A stretch of DNA of 63,870 nt, the filler included, from Octopus bimaculoides (taxonomy: Eukaryota): assembly GCF_001194135.2 (NCBI RefSeq). It is 6 parts of 6 records of this genome, joined end to end, with 100 filler letters (N's around TTAATTAATTAA, not from the genome) between each part and the next. Parts side by side here need not be neighbours in the genome. Positions count along the whole stretch, not along the records: positions 54,631 to 56,534 come from NW_026434656.1; positions 56,635 to 62,667 come from NC_069008.1; positions 62,768 to 63,870 come from NW_026410112.1; 3 more parts are not named here. One strand, written 5' to 3'. The translations under genes and the position numbers were made by a program. How positions within the stretch are numbered: position 1 is the stretch's first letter; every line of letters begins with the position of its first letter. The notes under the pieces were generated by a model that had not been told where the DNA came from, searched no databases, and saw nothing but the letters and a program-made list of their open reading frames with translations. Positions 56,401-63,870 of the stretch are shown here, one piece after another.

Positions 56401-56463
56401 TACGCTGATGATCCTGCAGATATTTACTTAAGTAAATTTTAACAGATGAAACCATGGTACGTA
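56401..56463 (+). ncRNA. Type I hammerhead ribozyme (predicted; base of stem II imperfect)
   Basis: Stem I tacg/cgta, CTGATGA (56405-11), stem II ctg/cag with an internal atttact-ta-agtaaat hairpin, GAAAC, palindromic stem III ACCATGGT, cleavage triplet GTA (after 56459). The two core-proximal stem II positions are mismatched (T-T, C-A). Confidence 0.62.
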
Positions 56464-56682
56464 GGTTAATCGCTTTTTTAAAAATTTTTTATTTAGTATT
56501 TTTTCATTTGTCTTGCCCTTTTACAGTTTGTTGTNNNNNNNNNNNNNNNNNNNNNNNNNNNNNNNNNNNNNNNNNNNNTTAATTAATTAANNNNNNNNNN
56601 NNNNNNNNNNNNNNNNNNNNNNNNNNNNNNNNNNATAAGAGCTAGTAAACACGACTGACAATATTTTACATTTATTTTTCAG

Positions 56683-56849
56683 TTCTTCCCGAATGGTGGT
56701 ACATCAAGAAATGCTAACAAACCAAAATATGACATCACCAAAGTGTTCACCATTCACTGGGATCTGGCGAGAACCAGACATGTCGCAATGTTACAATACG
56801 GAGGGGATCACTCGTGAACTAAAGAACATAAGCAAAGAAATTGATAAAG
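56683..56849 (+). CDS. Internal exon of an adhesion GPCR (hormone-receptor-motif-like region)
   Basis: Acceptor tttatttttcAG, donor aaag|GTcagt. Open frame SSRMVVHQEMLTNQNMTSPKCSPFTGIWREPDMSQCYNTEGITRELKNISKEIDK. The C..TG.W.EPDMSQC pattern is typical of the HRM end in mollusc adhesion GPCRs (recognised from memory, no search run). Phase 2 in, phase 1 out. Confidence 0.8.
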
Positions 56850-56883
56850 GTCAGTGAGCAATTATGTTTCAAAATCCTCTTAC

Positions 56884-56935
<52 letters not shown>

Positions 56936-58383
56936 TGAAGAGGAGAGGAAGAAGAGGGGAAGGAAGTTGAACAATAATTGTTCCCCGGATCAACCCCAAT
57001 TCAGTATACGTTCTAACCATGAACATCCCGTCTTTGTCCTATGTGTTAAGCAACAGGGTATGATTGGAATAAAAATTTGGCTTCTATTTCTAGTATGTCG
57101 AGTGTCCATATAGAAGTTTCTTCAAAGCTTCGTAGTATATTTGCTGTTGTATGGTGATCAAGCATTGATCACCATGTATGTCTTCCTCAACTATAAAACT
57201 TCAATTGTGTTGTGTAACTCGTTCACTGCTCTAGTTGATGTTACCGAGCAGAAGACACTAAAAGAGGTATAACAACGAGTATACAGTTGATAATCTGAAC
57301 ACATTTAGCAATCTCTGAGCTATATCAAGCTGGAGTTATTAATTAACTTCCAGTGATTCCATAAACCTCTAATATTCAGATTACTCAGTCCGCTGTAATG
57401 CTTATCTAATTACATTATTGTCAATTAATCAAGCTTTATCTGGCACCTTTGAGGTTTCGGTAATATGATTGCTTATTTTAAAATGACATTATAGAGATGT
57501 GAGAGGACAAATCTGGCCGGTTTGAGCATAAAGCAGGTAGACTGTTTGAGCCACATACGGCCAGTTTAATGTTAAAATGTTAATAGTTATGTGACGTTTG
57601 AATTGCCTCTAACATATCATCAAAAAGTGACTGAAAATTGATTGGAATTTCNNNNNNNNNNNNNNNNNNNNNNNNNNNNNNNNNNNNNNNNNNNNNNNNN
57701 NNNNNNNNNNNNNNNNNNNNNNNNNNNNNNNNNNNNNNNNNNNNNNNNNNNNNNNNNNNNNNNNNNNNNNNNNNNNNNNNNNNNNNNNNNNNNNNNNNNN
57801 NNNNNNNNNNNNNNNNNNNNNNNNNNNNNNNNNNNNNNNNNNNNNNNNNNNNNNNNNNNNNNNNNNNNNNNNNNNNNNNNNNNNNNNNNNNNNNNNNNNN
57901 NNNNNNNNNNNNNNNNNNNNNNNNNNNNNNNNNNNNNNNNNNNNNNNNNNNNNNNNNNNNNNNNNNNNNNNNNNNNNNNNNNNNNNNNNNNNNNNNNNNN
58001 NNNNNNNNNNNNNNNNNNNNNNNNNNNNNNNNNNNNNNNNNNNNNNNNNNNNNNNNNNNNNNNNNNNNNNNNNNNNNNNNNNNNNNNNNNNNNNNNNNNN
58101 NNNNNNNNNNNNNNNNNNNNNNNNNNNNNNNNNNNNNNNNNNNNNNNNNNNNNNNNNNNNNNNNNNNNNNNNNNNNNNNNNNNNNNNNNNNNNNGGAGGA
58201 GGAGGAGGAGCAGCAGCAGCAGCAGCAGCATCTATAACAATAATGTCGTGTCAGCAGACGTAGTAAAAACAACAGTAGCATACAAAGATTTCTTGAATAA
58301 TTAGTGTAATTACTACATATATGGCTAATTACGTATTTGAATCACTGTCAATTGAAAGTTGTTTTCTCGATCTTTCTTCACAG

Positions 58384-58555
58384 AATGCTGGACATTATAG
58401 AAGCAATCCCTGACAAGATTACACTGGAAGACCAACAAGTGACAATTTTATATCCTAATGTTGGTATTGGTGTTAGCAAAGTGGAGGCGGAAACTTTCGA
58501 TGGTCTTTTCTATGGTATTTCATATGAAACGAATGAAACCGAAGCAAAAAGCGTG
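58384..58555 (+). CDS. Internal exon of an adhesion GPCR (GAIN domain region)
   Basis: Acceptor tctttcttcacAG. Frame (R)MLDIIEAIPDKITLEDQQVTILYPNVGIGVSKVEAETFDGLFYGISYETNETEAKSV resembles the GAIN segment of mollusc ADGRG-like receptors. Donor is GT at 58556 (or 58553); both give phase 0. An in-frame stop follows at 58562. Confidence 0.82.
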
Positions 58556-58781
58556 GTACAATAGTTTCTCATCATTACCATTTAATTAACTGTTTGTTCT
58601 AAACGCTGAAACTGATAAAATACATTAGAATGAAATATATTTTCATCGTCATATGAAGTAGCTATGGCATATGGGTTGATGCAGCTTAACAGTTTAAATA
58701 TAAAATAGAATTATATATTTAATATAATATAGAAAAAATGGAAAGTTTGAATACAGCCAAATCAATTTATTTTTTCATAAC

Positions 58782-58893
58782 TGTCGATTACATGAGGCCT
58801 TGATCGTTTCAATATCCACCTTCATTCATTTTACAATTAACAGTTGCATTATGAATTCAATAGGTAGAGATCTCTTCAGGGCTAAAATCGACA
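58782..58893 (-). ncRNA. Inverted, defective copy of the 60053 hammerhead
   Basis: Minus strand reads CTGAAGA gatctctacc...ggtggatatt GAAAC gatc AA ggcc. The GTA cleavage triplet is replaced by AA. Confidence 0.55.
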
Positions 58894-59381
58894 TATTTCT
58901 TTACATCATAATAGATTGAGTGTTCATTATAGACTAAGATAGCCACATGCGTTTGTTTTTTTGCTTGTGAGTGAGTGTTAGCATTTTCGCCTTAAATCTT
59001 GTCCTATGTATCTTCTTTCTCTATGTACGTGTGTGTGTCACTTTATTTGTCTTTGGAATTTTGTTCTAAAAATAGCCAACATTTTTGTTGGTGTTTAGGA
59101 TTAATATATGTTTTCTTACTTACTGTATCTATTTTAAAAGGGGTATGATTCTCTATGTATGACATGTACAGGGCTAGATTTTAACCAGTGGTTTCTATTA
59201 CTTGCCGAGTGTACATTTCACTTTAAGATTTGTTCCTACATATTTCTAATTTATTTAATTTCATCATACAGTATTTACTTATATATAATTTTAAAAAAAT
59301 ATTTAAAAATGATTAAATTATTAAATATATCTATACATAAACACATACACTCACATATCATCTCTATATCCATACATTTAT

Positions 59382-59418
<37 letters not shown>

Positions 59419-59629
59419 TATGCATGTATATTTTTGTTATGAATTTGATCTCTCTACCCTGTAATTACTTAATACAATTATTTATGTTCGCTGATCGTAA
59501 GAGTTACACTTTGTATACTTTTAAAGGGATTATTATTTTATAATAATTCATTATAGATATTGGTTTATTCACATCATGCTTTTAGAATTATACTTACGAT
59601 CAGCTAACATGCCTGAATAAATAAATTTA

Positions 59630-59940
59630 TACAGTGTGTTCAAAAAGTCTCTCCTCAGTAAGTATTTTATTGTAAATTAAATATTTATAAGATGGCATAA
59701 GACTACAAAAGAATATGTTAGACTTTAAAAGACTTTAAAAAACTTTATAAGAGGTGTTGAAAGTGTCATACAAATGGATAGGCAATATTTGAGTAATATC
59801 TCACGGTGTTGATGGTGTCTTCAAAAATATCGGTCCCACAATACGTTTTCTCGAAATTGCTATCCATACTCCAACTTTTTCGGGATGCAGAGGTTGCTCA
59901 TGCGTTGCGTGTGGATTCTCAGTGCTCCATAAACTTGTCA
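59630..59940 (-). mobile_element. Tc1/mariner-superfamily remnant (TIR-like end plus transposase fragment)
   Basis: tacagtgtgttcaaaaagtc end at about 59630. The minus frame at 59800-59930 gives WSTENPHATHEQPLHPEKVGVWIAISRKRIVGPIF. Confidence 0.65.
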
Positions 59941-60052
59941 TCGGGCAATTAAGCTTAAAGGCGAAAATGCTAACACACACTCATACACAAAAAACGCATG
60001 CTGCTGTCTTAGTCTATAATGACCACTCAATCTATTAGGATGTAAAGAAATG

Positions 60053-60165
60053 TGTCGATTTTAGCCCTGATGAGATCTTTACCTTTTGAATTCGTAATGC
60101 AATTGTTAATCGTAAAATGAATAAAGGTGGATATTGAAACGATCGTAGGCCTCATGTAATCGACA
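60053..60165 (+). ncRNA. Type I hammerhead ribozyme (predicted, intact core) in the right arm of an inverted repeat
   Basis: CTGATGA (60067-73). Stem II gatctttacc/ggtggatatt (9 of 10 pairs including GU) encloses a long loop. GAAAC, palindromic stem III ACGATCGT, cleavage triplet GTA (after 60147). Stem I gcc/ggc, an internal loop, then tgtcgatt/aatcgaca. Confidence 0.75.
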
Positions 60166-61084
60166 ATTATGTAAATAAATTGATTTGGCTGTATTCAAAC
60201 TCTCCATTTTCCTTATATACTAGATTTACGTACGCACAGATCAAATCGTATGAAAACATCTATACGGTCTACTGTAACTCTAAATGTGTATAGCACTAGT
60301 GTCTATTAAACGCTAATACTAACATAGAGAAAAAAATTCCAGTAAATTCACAGTCATATGGATAAACCGAAGGAAGCTAGAATGCAAGTTATTCCTGGAA
60401 AGAGCAGTCTCTTTCTTAACAAAACCTGATATATATATACAGAAAGACTACATAGACTTAGCAGTAAAGTTATGATAATAATAGAGTTTATATGCATACA
60501 GTTGTCCTCATTAAATGTCTGGCCACTTTCTTCATTAGAAAATTATAACAATAGGTTAAGTGTTTCATCTATATGCAGATATTCATTTATATATATAATG
60601 TATATATACAATACATGCCTGTCTATCCGCCCCTCTGCCTGCATATATGTATAATTCTATGTACATGTGCAAGCATGTATGTATGTATGTATGTATGTAT
60701 GTATGTATGTATGTATGTATGTATGTATGTGGCGGAGATGGAGGTCAGAGGCACATGGGGATGGATATAATAGGGAACAAACAAAAGTAGGAAGGCCGTC
60801 AATGTTATATATAAGAGAGTGTTCATGGAAAAGGGGTTTTCAGTGGAAATAATGTGGTACGAGATGATTTTGGGTATGCAGGATGGATGACAAGAGAAAG
60901 TCCTCAATGAGAAGGCTAACAAGTAGCACAAAATGGAGATAAAAGATGTACAATTCTGATTTTGTATAATTGCGGCAGCTGAAGAAATAGTGCCGTAACT
61001 TGGAGTAAGGGAGATTGAATGTTACGAATATGAGCTGTGGGGAAGGCTTGACAGATATAGACTGGGTGCGGGACTACAAATAGC

Positions 61085-61320
61085 AATATGCTCTTAGAGC
61101 TTCATTTTTGATGAGATTAACGAGTGTTCTTGAACACGAGGCATTGCCTTGCGAATCATCTTGACTGTTTGTTGTCTCCTTTGTGAGGCTCATTAACCTG
61201 GATTTGACTTTTATTGTTTCGTTCCGCATCTTCCTGGGTCTCCCTCTTCTACAAATTCTATCTACGTCTAGTGATCGGTGCTTCTTTATGCAACTGTCCT
61301 CATCCATACGTGGCACTCTG
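61085..61320 (-). mobile_element. Decayed RTE-clade LINE 3' fragment
   Basis: Minus frame contains CRRGRPRKM followed by a degenerate RTE 3' region. Confidence 0.45.
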
Positions 61321-62518
61321 TCGGTTACGGCAACAAGGGTTCCAGCTGATCCCTTCAACGGAACAGCCTGCTCGTGAAGTTAAAGTGCAAGTGGTAGAGC
61401 ACTTCACAGACACATGTACCCTTAACTGAAACAAGTAAAAGAGTAAAAGAGAATTTGTAGAAATCTTTGCCTTAGAATTTAAATGTATGTATGTATGTAT
61501 GTATGTATGTAAGAAAAGGCATGAATAAAGGGCTTTCCACATTTTAGTTATGCATCGGAGACTTACAGCTGTTTCTGATATTTTAGGTGCATTCATCGTT
61601 CCGCTTAATCAATCAGTCGACTGAAAACAATTTCACAACACTAATATATACTTTCATTTCCAGAATCCACGCAGCTTCAGCTTTTGATTCGAGAGAAGTT
61701 TGGCTGCTATGGCTTCTAGGAGCTTTGATTACTGCCCAAAGATTCTCTTCTTGGATAGCGTTTATTAGAATTTGTAGAAATCTTTGACTTAGAATTTAAA
61801 TGATGTTGGTTACACTTATATTATAATAAGAATTATTGAGAATGCTGTAATGTAATTGACTTAATAACATAATGGCTGTTTTCTTCTATTTCTTACTCTC
61901 TGTCACACACTTTATGCCACGTCTCTACTAATGTATCAATATCCGCCACTTTACAGTCCTTAGACTTGGTTCTTTCTCTTCTCTTCACTTTCTTTCACAT
62001 TCGATTTTAAAACGGGAATAAAACAAACAAATTGATGACAGAAACAAAATTATCCATTTGCATAATATCCATTTAAATAATGCAAAATATTGAGAAGAAA
62101 GTAATAAATTAGTATGATAGCACTGATGAAAGAAACAACGTAACTGATAAATATTTGATGTTGCTGTCAACCAATAGAATGAGTGACATTTCTGACTATG
62201 GGTAATTATAAGAAACTGTTTGTGTGTATGTATGTGTGAGTGTTTATCTAGATGTAATTACAAAACGTTTAAGGAATAAATAATATCGAATGATGTTATT
62301 GGTTGAAGAATTGACCAGCATAGAAACTCTTATGATATTATGTATCTGAGATAAGCTAGTGACTGTTAACAGTGATGGTAGTTTTAGCCATTATGTTAAT
62401 TGTAATGTTTTAGTAAAGCAGTGGTTTTTAAAAAAGTAAAATTTACAACAGTAACAACAACAGAAACAGTAGTAGTATCTTTTATTTATCACTTTTTCCT
62501 TTCATTTTCCTCCACCAG

Positions 62519-62667
62519 ATATATAATTATTCATTCCCTGACCCACAATTAGAAGATACTGAAATGATGGATTATATTTCATTACCAAAAGGTTTATTAA
62601 AACATCCGAAAGACGAAAAAAGATCAGCCATTTCAAGGATTACATTTTCACTGGTGACCAATATGCT
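62519..62667 (+). CDS. Internal exon of an adhesion GPCR (GAIN domain region), truncated by an assembly gap
   Basis: Strong acceptor ttcctttcattttcctccaccAG, phase 0, matching the previous exon. Frame IYNYSFPDPQLEDTEMMDYISLPKGLLKHPKDEKRSAISRITFSLVTNML is open up to the gap. The I.LP..LL....RI.F pattern fits GAIN subdomain B. Confidence 0.8.
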
Positions 62668-63686
62668 NNNNNNNNNNNNNNNNNNNNNNNNNNNNNNNNN
62701 NNNNNNNNNNNTTAATTAATTAANNNNNNNNNNNNNNNNNNNNNNNNNNNNNNNNNNNNNNNNNNNNAACAACCAACATAAAAAAACTGGTGTCCGACCT
62801 GTTATACACATAAAAAATGTTTATTCAATTTCAGACAGACAATCAATTTTTCTGACTTTTTTTTTGTAGCGAATTTTTGGTAATAACTCTAATGCATGCA
62901 TTTCATCTGTATCTAGCTGTACTGCACCATATATTCCAGAGGTCTAATTGTTGTTGCTGATGGTGGTATTGTTTTCCGGTGTCCTGGCGTCGAAATCCTC
63001 TAGTAGTTTACATTCTGACATGACAATCCCGTTGATATTGTTTGGGTATTTGTATTGATTCTTACCATGCTGAGATCGTTGTTGTTGCAGTTTCAACCAC
63101 TTGAGTTTATTGTTACAGGCATGGTTAACTTGGTAGTATTCTTATTGGATGTTTGTCATAAATCTGTCTCTTTCGTGTGGAGTAAGTGGTGTTTTTTAGT
63201 TCATGCAGCAGGACTCTCTTTCGTTTCTGATACTGGTTGATTTCCGTGTATATTTTCTTTTTGATGTTTTGTAACATCGTATGTTTTAGTTTTCTTTCTT
63301 GATGTTCTGTGAGTCCTAACCACATGGCAGCTGAATTGACAGATTTTGCGTATAGCTTGAAGGAGGTGCATGTTTTAATGAAGTGGAGTTGTCGGGTAGC
63401 TATCTTGATTTTTAGACAGCAGAACACGGTGTTTCTCAGCGTTTTGCTAGCTTGGCTAAAGCTTATTATACTCTAACAACATGCCAAAGACCACCATGGA
63501 GGCAACTTGGGTCAACTTGACATCAGCATCTTATCCAAGCACCCAAAAGACCCAACACTCAAATACGGGAGTACGTCCTTATAAATGAAACTTTCCCAAT
63601 ACTAAATAGGAAATATACATAGTAGATATCATACCACCATACCCACAGTTTACACAGGGAGAGTAGAATAGTTAATGATACATAGA

Positions 63687-63717
<31 letters not shown>

Positions 63718-63870
63718 GTGTGTGTGCACACATATGGAGATGCACATCCATACATACAAACATGGTACATAGTTGCAAAACACACACACAAGGAGACAGA
63801 GGCGCATACATATACAAACACATGCACACACACACACATACATAAACACAGACATACAATCACTTGAATA

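Larger units (their letters stand above)
58725..60220. repeat. Long inverted repeat (arms about 58725-59000 and 59951-60220) carrying hammerhead motifs
   Basis: The arms align as reverse complements over about 275 bp (e.g. tcgattacatgaggcc / ggcctcatgtaatcga; gttagcattttcgcc / ggcgaaaatgctaac). The spacer of about 950 bp contains other repeats. Confidence 0.9.

Noticed and set aside
63125-63427. 100-aa minus-strand ORF as a gene or PLE N-terminus
   Set aside because: There is no recognisable motif and adjacent frames are broken by stops; left unassigned.

Overview
AT-rich, microsatellite-saturated animal genomic DNA with many N gaps. The SINE repertoire and repeat make-up point to a cephalopod, most likely Octopus (inference). 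Almost all ORFs in the supplied track are microsatellite or gap read-throughs. One host gene is supported: three + strand exons of a mollusc-type adhesion GPCR (56683-56849, 58384-58555, 62519-62667; hormone-receptor-motif to GAIN region), with a phase-predicted missing exon that probably lies in the 57652-58195 gap. The rest is mostly mobile DNA: Penelope-like elements (PLEs), a CR1-like LINE, R4/Dong-like and RTE fragments, Tc1/mariner elements, a Chapaev3-like fragment, tRNA-derived SINEs and hairpin elements. The main unannotated signal is a set of type I hammerhead ribozyme folds read directly from the sequence (15055-15123, 56401-56463, 60053-60165, plus degenerate copies). Several sit in divergent inverted-repeat modules, one of them inside an intron of the GPCR. 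Hammerheads in PLE terminal repeats are a known class, so any novelty lies in these families and their intronic arrangement; nothing here proves a new system.
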